A stretch of DNA of 64,000 bases from Vulcanimicrobiota bacterium (GCA_963820825.1 CAWGBN010000002.1:128001-192000), one strand, 5' to 3'; counted from the first letter of the stretch, positions 20,623-30,657 are shown. A program made the numbers and translations. The notes: a model not told the origin generated them from the letters alone.

Positions 20623-22050
20623 TTACTCTTCGTCGGGCCAGCGATTGTCGGGCGGCTGGTGCAGGAAGTACTCCTTGTCCAACACCGACGGAATCACTTG
20701 GAACGCGCGTGGCGGCTTCTTGAAGTTGAAGCAGTCTTTCTCCGGCGACGTGGCACGCGTGTCGCTTGCGGCCAGGCGCCCGAGACCGAACTGGTCCTCG
20801 ACGAACCTTAGAATGCTTCCATGCTCGTAGTGCACGTGCGAAACGAAGCGCTTCTTCGCATAGGGTGAGACGATGATCATCGGAATCCGCAGGCCGAGCC
20901 CGTCGTAGTCGGCGTAGGCCGGCGCCTCAGGATCGTACCAGCCGCCGTAATCGTCCCAGAAGATGAAGATTGCGGTCGAATCCCAGTACTGCGACTCGCC
21001 GATCGCGTTGACCAGCGACGCAACCCAAGCCGGACCGGTGTTCGCGTTGCAGCCGGCGTGGTCGGAGTTCTCGCAGGTTGGGGTGATCCAGCTGATTTGA
21101 CGGAGCTTTCCGTTCGACACGTCGTTGAAGAACTGCGTCTGCGGGGTGATGACGTCGCTCTTCCAATCGGAGCCGTAGTATACGTAGCGATTCGCTTGAT
21201 AGGCGCTCCAGATGTTGCCGTCGCCGTTGAGCGAGGCCGTGTAGAACGCCCAGGTCACGCCCGCTTCATCGGCTTCTTGACCGAGGGACGTGTCGTTATA
21301 ACAGGCTTGTTGATAGCCGTACGGCACCTGGCGATCGGGGCCGACGGTCGAGATCATGTCGCCCGAACCGCCGTCGCAGCCCCACGCACCCCACGGGTAG
21401 TTTACCGACGACTCGGCCTGTCCGGCGATGATGTACTGGTGCGAGATGAAGCTGCTTGCGTCGAAGTTCGACGCGTACATTTGATCGGCGACGACGTACT
21501 GCTTGCCCATCGCAAAATAGGGCTTCGTCTCGGAGTGCGGGACGTAGCTGTACTGCGGGTGCGAGTTCGGACACGGCGGCCCGCCGCTATGTCCGCAGCC
21601 GACCCACTCGCGATTGAAGCCGTTCATTTTGCAGTCCGTGCCGGGGATGCTGCCCGTGCCGTTGCACGCCTGGAAGAACGAAGTCGAGCTATGGTCGAGA
21701 TCCCAGATCGTCTTCAGGCTGACCGGCTTGAGCTCGATCTGGTTACCGTTGGAGTCGTAGCCGTACTTGGCGGTGGTTGCACCGGGAAAGCCGTAGAGCA
21801 AGTTATTAAAAGAACGATTCTCTTGAACGATGATGACGACGTGCTTGATCTTGCCGCTCGCGGTGTGATGGCGATGGAAGGGCTCCACCGCTTCGGTAGC
21901 GCGGGGCGCCGATTGCAGAAAAGCCGGAAGACCCGGCGCGCTGCCGGCAACGCCGTTGCCGGCGGGGATACTGGAACCGTTGCAGGCCGAAAGTAAGAGC
22001 ACCGCGGCCGCAACGGCGAGCGGCCGGCTCAAGGGTGGATTACAACGCAT
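20623..22050 (-). CDS. Phosphoesterase / phospholipase C (AcpA/PlcH family) lipoprotein, copy 1
   Basis: LSAC lipobox and the same motif set as copy 2. Confidence 0.9.
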   Translation of the reverse strand: MRCNPPLSRPLAVAAAVLLLSACNGSSIPAGNGVAGSAPGLPAFLQSAPRATEAVEPFHRHHTASGKIKHVVIIVQENRSFNNLLYGFPGATTAKYGYDSNGNQIELKPVSLKTIWDLDHSSTSFFQACNGTGSIPGTDCKMNGFNREWVGCGHSGGPPCPNSHPQYSYVPHSETKPYFAMGKQYVVADQMYASNFDASSFISHQYIIAGQAESSVNYPWGAWGCDGGSGDMISTVGPDRQVPYGYQQACYNDTSLGQEADEAGVTWAFYTASLNGDGNIWSAYQANRYVYYGSDWKSDVITPQTQFFNDVSNGKLRQISWITPTCENSDHAGCNANTGPAWVASLVNAIGESQYWDSTAIFIFWDDYGGWYDPEAPAYADYDGLGLRIPMIIVSPYAKKRFVSHVHYEHGSILRFVEDQFGLGRLAASDTRATSPEKDCFNFKKPPRAFQVIPSVLDKEYFLHQPPDNRWPDEE

Positions 22051-22133
22051 GCGCGTCTCCTCAAATAGCAGGGTGGCCTAAGCCACGTTACGACGTTTCA
22101 AGCAGAAGTCCCAGGCCAAGAAAATGACGTGAA

Positions 22134-22547
22134 TCAACTTCCGCGATCGAAGACCATCCGAACGCTCGTGCCGTCCGACGTGTCGATGGTGAGTTGAGCC
22201 GCGATCGCTCGGATGATTCGCAGACCGAATCCTCGACCCGGCACCGGACGGCGCTCGACGAACGATCCGTTATCGGAAACGACGACGCAGAGCCGGCCGT
22301 TGCGATCGAGTTTCGCGCGAAGTTCGAGATAGCGCTCGGTTGTCTTACGGCTCCGCGCATAGGCGTGTTCGACGATATTCGCCAGCGCCTCGCCGGCGGC
22401 GGTGGTAATATCTTCAAGCGATTGCCGCTCGAACTCGAGCGCCTGCAAGAAGGCCGCAAGCGCGTGACGGACCGGCGCCACGTAGCGCGATTGCGCCGGA
22501 CAGCGAAGGCGGAGCTGCGACGCGCCGCTTACGACTCTTTCCCGCAC
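22134..22547 (-). CDS. Anti-sigma factor / Ser kinase (RsbW-like HATPase)
   Basis: EALANIVEHAY (N box), VSDNG (G1), GRGFGLRII (G2). Confidence 0.85.
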   Translation of the reverse strand: MRERVVSGASQLRLRCPAQSRYVAPVRHALAAFLQALEFERQSLEDITTAAGEALANIVEHAYARSRKTTERYLELRAKLDRNGRLCVVVSDNGSFVERRPVPGRGFGLRIIRAIAAQLTIDTSDGTSVRMVFDRGS

Positions 22548-22864
22548 TCGCCGAGATACTCCATCGCTTCGCCGGTCTCGCCGAAGACCTTAAACGCGCT
22601 CGCGAGCCCCGCGTATTGGACGAGCCGAGCGAACTGCGGCGTGCGAATGACCAACGCGACCGGGCGGTCGTTGCGGCTGGCATCGGCGCAGAAACGCAAC
22701 AGCTCGGTCAGCGCGATCGAATCGGCGTAGGTTACTTCGCCCAGATCGAGCAGAACGGCGCCGCTGCCGTCGGCGAGCGCGAGCGCGTCGCGGATCTCGC
22801 TCTTTCGCCCGATCTCGAGTTCGCCGCTCAACCGAATGACCTTGATCGTATCGCTCTCTTTCAC
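22529..22864 (-). CDS. STAS anti-anti-sigma factor (RsbV-like)
   Basis: IRLSGELEI; LDLGEVTYADS with the phosphorylatable Ser; GTG 22864 overlaps the upstream stop. Confidence 0.85.
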   Translation of the reverse strand: MKESDTIKVIRLSGELEIGRKSEIRDALALADGSGAVLLDLGEVTYADSIALTELLRFCADASRNDRPVALVIRTPQFARLVQYAGLASAFKVFGETGEAMEYLGECGKES

Positions 22865-24315
22865 GCAATCCTCCGAGGTGACTCTGCCGTCGCCGATGGC
22901 TCCCACAATCGCGCCGTGAGGATCGCGATGTCGTCGGCAACCCGCCGCCGGCTGAAGATCCGGTCGCGAATGGCCTTGGCGGCCAGGCCGCGCGGTGCTG
23001 CGGCCGCCGACTCGATGGCCTCCATCAAGACTGCCTCTCCTCCCATCAAATCGCGCGAGTGCTCGATCACGCCGTCGGTATAGAGAACGATCATCGCACC
23101 CGGAACCGTCGCCGTCGTGCGGGTCGCGTACTCGGTATTCGCCGAAACCCCGAGCGGCAACCCACCGAACTCCAGGAGCGTCGCGGTGCGCCCGGGCTCC
23201 AGGAGTATCGGCGGCGGATGGCCCGCGACGGCATAGCTCACCTCGTACGTTCGCGTATCGACGACCGCGCAGACCGCGGTGATCAGCGGCGACCTCCCGC
23301 GAACGAGCTCCAGGTTCGCCCGAGCGAGGATCGCCGATGGATTGGCATCGATCAGCGCCGAGCCGTTGAGGAGCTGACGCGCCTTATTCATGGCGATCAC
23401 GGCATCGATGCCGTGTCCGGTGACGTCGCCGATGACGAGCAAGACGCGCTCCTGCGGCAACTGCAGCGCGTCGTACCAATCGCCGCCAACCTTCGACTCT
23501 TCGGTTGCCGGCAGATAGGTGGCACTGAAGCTCATCGTCGGCAAATTCGGAAAAATGCGCTCCGAGAAGGCCTGCTGGAGCGTGTCGGCGATGCGTTTCT
23601 CCGCCGCGTAGGCCGCGCTCGCCTCAACCGACCGCCGGCGTTCCGCTTCAGACGTGACGCGTTCGCGTTCGAGCCGTTCTCCGAGACGGTACTGTTGCAC
23701 CGTGAAGATCAGCGCGGCGAGAACGATCGCGACGACCGAGGCGAGGGCGAGCGCCCCGACCGAAAGAATGGCGCGCTGGGCGCGCATGTCGACGAGCGAG
23801 CCGCGACGCGCCAGCGCGTCGTCGACGGCAGCGCCGTCGGCACGAATGCGATCGACGAGCGCCTTTCCCCGCAACTCGATGCGTTCGTGCGGCCCCCGCG
23901 TGAGGATGAGCGGCACCGCGACCTCGTGCAACCAACGGCGATTGGTCTCAATCGCGTCGCGCAGCGCGGGCTCCGCCTCGGTTACGTCCAAACGTTCCAG
24001 ATCCGAGCGGATCCGCTGCGCGGCAGCGGGGAAGGCATTGCGCCCCAGATAGTACGGCGCGAGCAAGATCGGCTCGCGAGCGGCGACGTAACCGCGCATG
24101 CCGGTCTCCTCGTCGAGCTGGGCGTTGAGCAGATCCGCGACGTGCATACGTGACGCGCGAATGCCCTCGGCGTCGCGGAACGACGACCGGACGATCTCGC
24201 GAACGAAGAGACCGGCGGCAACGAGCAGCGCGACGACGAGCACCATGAACGCGAGCGTGAACGCGAGCGGTGCGTGGCGGTGCGGATTTGCCGAAGGAAG
24301 CGCTTCAGTGCCCAA
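22861..24315 (-). CDS. Membrane CHASE3-like sensor + SpoIIE/PP2C phosphatase (RsbU-like)
   Basis: TM - DEETGMRGY - TM, then VGGDWYD, IGDVTGHG, YTDGVIE, DDIAIL. Start uncertain (TTG 24315). Confidence 0.85.
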   Translation of the reverse strand: MGTEALPSANPHRHAPLAFTLAFMVLVVALLVAAGLFVREIVRSSFRDAEGIRASRMHVADLLNAQLDEETGMRGYVAAREPILLAPYYLGRNAFPAAAQRIRSDLERLDVTEAEPALRDAIETNRRWLHEVAVPLILTRGPHERIELRGKALVDRIRADGAAVDDALARRGSLVDMRAQRAILSVGALALASVVAIVLAALIFTVQQYRLGERLERERVTSEAERRRSVEASAAYAAEKRIADTLQQAFSERIFPNLPTMSFSATYLPATEESKVGGDWYDALQLPQERVLLVIGDVTGHGIDAVIAMNKARQLLNGSALIDANPSAILARANLELVRGRSPLITAVCAVVDTRTYEVSYAVAGHPPPILLEPGRTATLLEFGGLPLGVSANTEYATRTTATVPGAMIVLYTDGVIEHSRDLMGGEAVLMEAIESAAAAPRGLAAKAIRDRIFSRRRVADDIAILTARLWEPSATAESPRRIA

Positions 24316-24465
24316 GGTGCCATCCGTGTTGGGGACAGCGATAGGGTCGCAGGCGCAGCGCCCTCGGCGGTATCGCCCGCTCCGCCGCCTTCTTCGTTTC
24401 GAAAGCAGTCTTTGGCGCCCCGATTCGCGTGAAGCACGAACGCGGACCGCCAAGCTTGCGCGCGC

Positions 24466-24945
24466 TCACTCTTCACCGTCGAAATAATCGAGCGGCTCCG
24501 AACGCAGCGAGCGCCGCTGCGGTGATTGAACGCCCCATTTGTTGCTGTCGGGGTAGTACCACGACTCGCCGATCGGATTGTCGGCTACGACGTACAACAC
24601 CAGATCGCCGGAGCCGTCGTTGAAGAATTGGTGGGCTTCGCCGGGACCGAAGATGCAGGCGTCGCCGGCGGCGACGGGCGTCGTACCGGCGTCGTGGCGC
24701 ACGGTTCCGCTGCCGGAGATGACGTGGTAAAACTCCCATTGCGCGCTATGCGAGTGATAGGGGTAGGGCGCCTTGCCCGGCGGTATGCGAAGAATTTCGA
24801 CGTCAAAGGGATGACGGTCGCGCAGCTTGGCCGACTCCGGATTGCGGCCGAGCGCCTCGGATACTTCGATGCCTTCCCCCGCGAAGGTCCCTTTGGGTGA
24901 AGACCACGCAAGCGGCTTCAGCTCGTTCGTGTTGACCTTCTGCAT
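24466..24945 (-). CDS. Cupin domain protein
   Basis: PYHSHSAQWEFYHVISG and GEAHQF cupin metal motifs. Confidence 0.85.
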   Translation of the reverse strand: MQKVNTNELKPLAWSSPKGTFAGEGIEVSEALGRNPESAKLRDRHPFDVEILRIPPGKAPYPYHSHSAQWEFYHVISGSGTVRHDAGTTPVAAGDACIFGPGEAHQFFNDGSGDLVLYVVADNPIGESWYYPDSNKWGVQSPQRRSLRSEPLDYFDGEE

Positions 24946-25006
24946 CGTTGCCGAAATTTATAAGGTGGCCGCTAGGAAGTTCCTTCTGGGCGCCGAGCGG
25001 CCGCCT

Positions 25007-28000
25007 TCAATGGAAGCTATGAACGGCGAGGGTCCGGGTGATGCCTTCGTCGTCGAAGCTCCAGATTTTCTTGGCGAGAAGATCGATGCAACCGGCCTCT
25101 TTTTGCAGCGTTCCTTCGACGATGAGCGTCGACGACGATCGAATCGGGCGCCGATAGGTTTCGTAGACGTCGGGGCGCACGATGACGTTGACGATTCCGG
25201 TCTCATCTTCGAGCGTCAAAAAAACGAAACCCTTGGCGGTGCCCGGGCGCTGGCGCGTGATCACCAGTCCGCCGGCACGGCAGAGCGCATTACGCGCGAG
25301 GCCGGCCAGCTGCGCGGCCGGAACGACCCGCTGCGCGGCGAGATGCTCGCGAAAGTACTCGATCACTTGACCCGACGGCGTGACGCCCGTCGACCAGAGA
25401 TCGAAGGCGACGAGTCGCTTGCGCGAGGGCGATTCGAACTCTACCGCGGGCTCGTCTAAATCCATGAGCGCGCCGAGCTCACCGCGCGCTTGGCGTTCGT
25501 CGAGGCCGCGCAGCGCCCACATCGCCGCGCGACGCGAGACGTACCAGGGTGCGAAGGCGCCCGCGATCGCGAGGTTCTCGAGCGTCTCGCGCTCGAGTTG
25601 CGTGCGTCGCGCGAAGGCGAGCACGTCGTCGAAGGGTCCCTGCGCGATCGCCGTCTCCAAACGTTTGCGTCCAACCTCGCCCAAGCCGCGTACGAGATGA
25701 AACCCCAACCGCAAAGCACCGTCGCGCTCGACGCCCGACCAATACTCGCTCGCGTTGACTTCGATCGGCTTGATCGCGACGCCGTGGCGGCGCGCGTCGT
25801 TGACGAGCACTTCGGTCGAGTAAAAGCCCATCGGCTGCACGTTGAGAATCGCCGCGGCAAAGACGGCGGGAAGGTGGCACTTCAGATAGGCCGATGCGTA
25901 GGCCAAGAGCGCGAAGCTCGCGGCATGCGACTCCGGGAAGCCGTAATCGGCAAATCCCTCGAGCATGTGAAAGAGCTGCTCGGCGGCGGGGCGGTCGATA
26001 CCGTTTGCGACCATGCCGTCGACGAGCTTGGCGTGCATCGCCTCCATCCGCTCGCGCGAACGCTTATGTCCCATCGCGCGGCGAAGCTGATCGGCCTCGC
26101 CGGGCGAAAAGCCGGCCGCCTCGATCGCCATTCGCATTCCTTGCTCTTGAAAGAGCGGGACCCCGAGCGTGCGCTCCAATACGGGCTTGAGTTTGGGATG
26201 CGGATAGGTGACGGGTTCGGCGCCCGATCGCCGGCGCAGAAATGGATGGATCATCTGCCCTTGAATCGGCCCGGGCCGAATGATCGCGACCTGCATCACG
26301 ATGTCGTAAAAGCAGGCCGGTTTCAATCGCGGAAGCATCGATTGCTGCGCGCGGGATTCGATCTGAAAGACGCCGATCGTATCGGCGCGCTGCATCATCG
26401 CGTACGTCGCTGGATCGCCGGCGGGAATCGTATGCAGCTCGAGATCTCCGGCAACGGCCGGCGGCAGCCACGGATCGCCGCGCGCGACGCAGCGCCGATA
26501 GATCGTGAAGGCTTCCCGTAAGAGCGAGAGCATCCCCAAGCCGAGCAAGTCGATCTTGATCAAACCGAGATCTTGAAGGTCGTCTTTATCCCATTGCACG
26601 ACGGTGCGATCCCGCATCGTCGCCCACTCGACCGGTGCGACCTGCACGAGCGGATCGCGCGTGATCAGCATGCCGCCGGAATGAATCCCGAGATGGCGCG
26701 GAAAGTTCGCGATCCGGCGGCAGAGCACAAAGAGCATCTCCGTGGAGTCAGGCAGCGTTTCGCGCGCGTCGAACTCTCGCGCGATTTCGCCGACGGCCTC
26801 AAGCGAGAGTCCCAGCGCCTTGCCGACGTCGCGAATTGCCGAACGCGTCCGGTAGCTGATTACCTCGGCGACCATCGCCGCGTTCGCCCGGCCGTACCGT
26901 TCGTAGACGTATTGAATAACGCGCTCGCGATCTTGATGGGCGAAGTCGATGTCGATGTCGGGAATCTCGCGCCGCTCTTCCGACATGAAACGCTCGAAGA
27001 GCAAGTTCATCGCAATCGGATCGACCGCCGTGATGCCGAGCGCGTAGCAGACCGCGGAGTTCGCCGCCGAACCCCGCCCCTGGCAGAGCACGCCGAGCCG
27101 GGCGGCTTCGCGCACGATGTCCCAGACGATCAAAAAGTATCCGGCCAGATCCATCTTGGCGATGAGGCCGAGCTCGTATTCGAGCTGCCGCTCGACTTTG
27201 GTTTCGAGCGGCATCGGGTAACGCTTCGCCGCGCCTTCGTAGACGAGCCGGCGAAGGTAACGCTGCGGCGAGCTTCCTTCGGGCACTGGAAAGAGCGGAA
27301 ACTGTCCGGCCAGCCGCTCGAGCCGAAAACGGCATCGCTGCGCGATCGCGACGCTGGCGGCAACGGCCTCGGGGTATTGCGCGAAGAGCCGGCGCATGGC
27401 GCCCGGCGATTTGAGATGGTATTCGGCATTGGGGCGCAGGGCGTTGGCAGCGCGCGCCGCTTCGAGCGTCGTGCCGTCGCGCACGCAGGAGAGCACGTCG
27501 GCGACGAGCGCGTCGTCCTTTGCTGCATAGACGGCCCCGTTGGTCGCAACGTAAGGCACGCCGCATTCGCGGGCGAGCGCAACGAGCCGCACGTTATACC
27601 GCGTCTCTCGCGGAGTTAGATGCTGCTGGAGCTCGAGATAGAAGCGCTCGCCGAAGAGCGACTTGTACGTTGCGATCCGCGCGCGATCGGCGCGACCGAA
27701 CTCACCGCCGCAGAGCGCGATCAAACCGCCGCTGCGGCCTTGAAGATCGTCTAAGCGCAGTCGCGCGTCGCCCTTTCGGCCGCGCATCTGCGCGCGCGAG
27801 ATCAGTTCGCAGAGATGCGCGTAGCCCGGCTCGTCTTCGACCAGGAGTACGATGCGCGCCCCGTCCTCAAAGGTGAGCTCGCTGCCGAGAATCGCGGCGA
27901 TTCCACGCCGGCGAGCGCAGCTCGAAAAACGCACCGCGCCGTAGAGACCGTCGCGATCCGTGAGCGCGATTGCGTGCAATCCCAACTCGGCGGCACGCTC

Positions 28001-28078
28001 TACCAGCTCTTCGGGATGCGAACCGCCTTGTAAGAAACTGAAGTTCGACCAGCAATGGAGCTCGGCATACTCATTCAT
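25007..28078 (-). CDS. dnaE2: Error-prone DNA polymerase DnaE2 (ImuC)
   Basis: YAELHCWSNFSFL PHP start (ATG 28078), QGRGSAANS, PDIDIDF, RQRPGTAKG, C-terminal HSFH. Confidence 0.96.
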   Translation of the reverse strand: MNEYAELHCWSNFSFLQGGSHPEELVERAAELGLHAIALTDRDGLYGAVRFSSCARRRGIAAILGSELTFEDGARIVLLVEDEPGYAHLCELISRAQMRGRKGDARLRLDDLQGRSGGLIALCGGEFGRADRARIATYKSLFGERFYLELQQHLTPRETRYNVRLVALARECGVPYVATNGAVYAAKDDALVADVLSCVRDGTTLEAARAANALRPNAEYHLKSPGAMRRLFAQYPEAVAASVAIAQRCRFRLERLAGQFPLFPVPEGSSPQRYLRRLVYEGAAKRYPMPLETKVERQLEYELGLIAKMDLAGYFLIVWDIVREAARLGVLCQGRGSAANSAVCYALGITAVDPIAMNLLFERFMSEERREIPDIDIDFAHQDRERVIQYVYERYGRANAAMVAEVISYRTRSAIRDVGKALGLSLEAVGEIAREFDARETLPDSTEMLFVLCRRIANFPRHLGIHSGGMLITRDPLVQVAPVEWATMRDRTVVQWDKDDLQDLGLIKIDLLGLGMLSLLREAFTIYRRCVARGDPWLPPAVAGDLELHTIPAGDPATYAMMQRADTIGVFQIESRAQQSMLPRLKPACFYDIVMQVAIIRPGPIQGQMIHPFLRRRSGAEPVTYPHPKLKPVLERTLGVPLFQEQGMRMAIEAAGFSPGEADQLRRAMGHKRSRERMEAMHAKLVDGMVANGIDRPAAEQLFHMLEGFADYGFPESHAASFALLAYASAYLKCHLPAVFAAAILNVQPMGFYSTEVLVNDARRHGVAIKPIEVNASEYWSGVERDGALRLGFHLVRGLGEVGRKRLETAIAQGPFDDVLAFARRTQLERETLENLAIAGAFAPWYVSRRAAMWALRGLDERQARGELGALMDLDEPAVEFESPSRKRLVAFDLWSTGVTPSGQVIEYFREHLAAQRVVPAAQLAGLARNALCRAGGLVITRQRPGTAKGFVFLTLEDETGIVNVIVRPDVYETYRRPIRSSSTLIVEGTLQKEAGCIDLLAKKIWSFDDEGITRTLAVHSFH

Positions 28079-29321
28079 ACACGCCGCGGAGATACCAGTG
28101 CGAGCCTTGATGGTAGATGCGCGCAAAGGTTCCGTCCTCGAGCACGACGTCGTACTCGTCGCGCACGACCGGTCCTTCGGCGTGCGGGCGTTCGGCAATT
28201 CGCCAGGGCCCCGTGCATTGGCGAACCCTCTGCCGGTCGACGACTGCGGGCTCGCCGCCGCGAAGCTGCACCGACACTTCGCGCACCTCGAGCAGCCGGA
28301 GTTGGGGGACGACGCTGCATTGCGCATCGCCGGGAGCTTCGCGACGATCGAGCCGGCGAAACTCGAAGGGTTCGTAGCTAAAGCGCTCCTCGAGGACGTG
28401 CGCGTCACGCGTCCGCGCACGTGCCACGCCGGCGCCGAGCGCCGCTTCGAGGCGCGCGATCGTCACCGCGACGCGCTGCGGATCGAGATCCTCGGCGGAG
28501 AAAAACGTTTGCTCCTCTCCTCCTTCTTCGAGCTGGAGCGCTTGCAGGCGCAGCCCAACGATCGCCGCTGCAAACGTCGCGCCGTCGAGCTTTGCTCGCA
28601 GCATCTCGAACATCGTCCGTTCGTGCGCCGTCGGAAGCGCGAGCGGCACCTCGAAGCTGCACGCGTCGACATCTTCCAGCTCGATTGCCAAATGTAGTGC
28701 GCCGGCGCGTTTACCGCACTGCTCGAGATCGGCGCAGATGCGCGACAACAGCATCCGCAAGGCGAAATATACCTGCGCTTCGTCGGAAGCGCGGCCTTCC
28801 CCAAAGATCGAAGCCTCGATCGCAACCGCATGAGGGCGCGGCACGAATGGACGGCGATCGATGCCCCGCGCGAGTTCGTGCCAGCTCGCCGCAGCGGCAC
28901 CGAAACGGCGCACGAACGGCCCGTGCGGCAGACGGGCGAGATCGCGAAGACGTTCGATTCCAAGCAGCCGGAGGCGCTCGACGATCGCCGGATCGATTTC
29001 GAGCAGCGTCAAGGGGAGCGGCGCGAGCAGCGCGCGTTCCATCCCCGGTTCGCAGATCGTTCCGTCGGCAAGATGCGCCGCCGCCTGCGCGGCGATTTTA
29101 TTCGGCCCGGCACCGATCCGCAGCGAGCGCTCGAAGCGAGCCAGTTCCGCATGCGTTCGCGCAATCTGCGCGCGCGTCGTACCGGCGATGCCGTGCATCT
29201 CGATAAACGCGAGGCCCGGGCGCAGGCTCTCGACGAGCGGCGAGACGGCATCGAGAACATCGAGCATCTCCTCCCAGAGCTCCGCCGTCAACTCTCCGGC
29301 AACGCTAAGGCAGAATAGCAT
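28071..29321 (-). CDS. imuB: ImuB-like inactive Y-family polymerase
   Basis: SPLVE, IGAGPNKIAAQAA, LRLLGIERLRDLA, C-terminal GPWR..RDEY..WYLRGVYE; lies between imuA and dnaE2. Confidence 0.82.
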   Translation of the reverse strand: MLFCLSVAGELTAELWEEMLDVLDAVSPLVESLRPGLAFIEMHGIAGTTRAQIARTHAELARFERSLRIGAGPNKIAAQAAAHLADGTICEPGMERALLAPLPLTLLEIDPAIVERLRLLGIERLRDLARLPHGPFVRRFGAAAASWHELARGIDRRPFVPRPHAVAIEASIFGEGRASDEAQVYFALRMLLSRICADLEQCGKRAGALHLAIELEDVDACSFEVPLALPTAHERTMFEMLRAKLDGATFAAAIVGLRLQALQLEEGGEEQTFFSAEDLDPQRVAVTIARLEAALGAGVARARTRDAHVLEERFSYEPFEFRRLDRREAPGDAQCSVVPQLRLLEVREVSVQLRGGEPAVVDRQRVRQCTGPWRIAERPHAEGPVVRDEYDVVLEDGTFARIYHQGSHWYLRGVYE

Positions 29322-30045
29322 CGCCGCGCTCCTCTCGCTCGACCCGCACGCGAGCGGTACGACCTGCGATTCTGCACCGATGCTTGCGCACGTCGACGGA
29401 GAGCTCGAAGCCGGCGATGCTTCCCCAAAGCCCGCACCCGCCGTGCATGAGAATCCGCTCGAGCGCGCAGTGCAGACGCACGCCCGCCGCCGCGCTCAAC
29501 GCCGCACCGGCACCCGCCGCTACGACGATCAAGAGCGCGCCGCTCCGATGAGCGAGTCTCGCCAGCCGCTCCCAGACCGCATCGCGCAAGGTAATCGCCG
29601 GCATGAGGATCAGCCGGCAGATGCGCGAGCGCAGCAGAATATCGGCGGCACGCGCCGTTGCGAGCGCCTTGCGGACCGGAACCACTAAGATGCGCTCGAG
29701 CAGGGCGCCCGCCTCGGCGAGTGCCGGCGGATAGAGGCTGCCGTCGTCGAGGATCGCGACCAAGCCGCGGCGCGTCATTCGAGCGATGAGCCCGGCGGCG
29801 AGACTCCAGCGGCCGGTCAGGCCCTCGAGCGTGACCACGGCCCCAGCCGGGAAGCCGCCTCCGAGTAAGCGGTCGAGCTCCGGTATGGCGGTGGAGACGA
29901 GCCCTTCGACCGGGAGGGCCGAGGGCATCGCACTCAGGCGGGCTTTGAGGAGCTCGAACCGCTCACCCTTCGACTCCGTGCCTTCGGCCGCTTCGACACG
30001 CTCAGCGTCAGGATGACAAGATTCGAGTGCCGCCGGCGCCGCCAT
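29305..30045 (-). CDS. imuA: ImuA-like RecA-fold protein
   Basis: STAIPELDRLLGGGFPAG, degenerate Walker A, LYPPALAEAG; first gene of the cassette. Confidence 0.82.
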   Translation of the reverse strand: MAAPAALESCHPDAERVEAAEGTESKGERFELLKARLSAMPSALPVEGLVSTAIPELDRLLGGGFPAGAVVTLEGLTGRWSLAAGLIARMTRRGLVAILDDGSLYPPALAEAGALLERILVVPVRKALATARAADILLRSRICRLILMPAITLRDAVWERLARLAHRSGALLIVVAAGAGAALSAAAGVRLHCALERILMHGGCGLWGSIAGFELSVDVRKHRCRIAGRTARVRVEREERGDAILP

Positions 30046-30054
30046 GGAAGATTC

Positions 30055-30083
30055 ATGCTAATCGAACATATGTTCGATGTCAA
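30055..30083 (-). promoter_or_regulatory. Sigma70 promoter with a LexA (SOS) box in the spacer
   Basis: Minus strand TTGACA (30083-30078), 17 bp, TAGCAT (30060-30055). Perfect palindrome ATCGAACATATGTTCGAT at 30061-30078 contains GAAC-N4-GTTC. Confidence 0.92.
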
Positions 30084-30108
30084 GATGCCCTGGCGAGGTG
30101 GGCGAAGG

Positions 30109-30657
30109 TTATGCTAGGCGGCGGTTTTCGCCTTCGAAAATTTGGGCGAGCCGCTCCGGGTCGCAGGGGCGTTCGAGCAGGCTTCCCGGATCCCACTCGC
30201 TGCGGTCGGCGCTGAAAAAGTCGCCGCGATAGACGTGGATGGCGCCGGTAAAGCATTCGATCGGATTGGTGACCGAGTGGATGATCTCGGGCCCAAGCAG
30301 CGCGGCGTCCCGATCGGAGAGCGCCTTCGCGCCGACCGCCTCGACGTGGTGCGCGTCGCTGGGCGAGCGCCGCCAGAAGATGTTGTCTTCACGCCCCGAG
30401 TAGATGCCGATGACCGCCGCCATATTGTGGTTGTGCGGAAAGATGGTCATCTTCGGCGCCCAGATCACGTTTAAGACGGTCAGCTCCGGCGATCGATAGA
30501 GCCGCTGAATCTGGGCGTGCGCCGGTTCGCCGAGCGATTTGACGACGGCGGAGGGCGTGCTCACGGCACGTGCGACGACTTCGCGAACGGCGGCGAAGGA
30601 GTGGTCTTGCGCCAGCGCGGCGCGACAGTCGGCTACGAATTGCTCGACGTCGAACAT
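30109..30657 (-). CDS. Cysteine-dioxygenase-like cupin protein
   Basis: WAP...PHNH, IYSGREDN, IIHSVTNP, AIHVY. Confidence 0.78.
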   Translation of the reverse strand: MFDVEQFVADCRAALAQDHSFAAVREVVARAVSTPSAVVKSLGEPAHAQIQRLYRSPELTVLNVIWAPKMTIFPHNHNMAAVIGIYSGREDNIFWRRSPSDAHHVEAVGAKALSDRDAALLGPEIIHSVTNPIECFTGAIHVYRGDFFSADRSEWDPGSLLERPCDPERLAQIFEGENRRLA

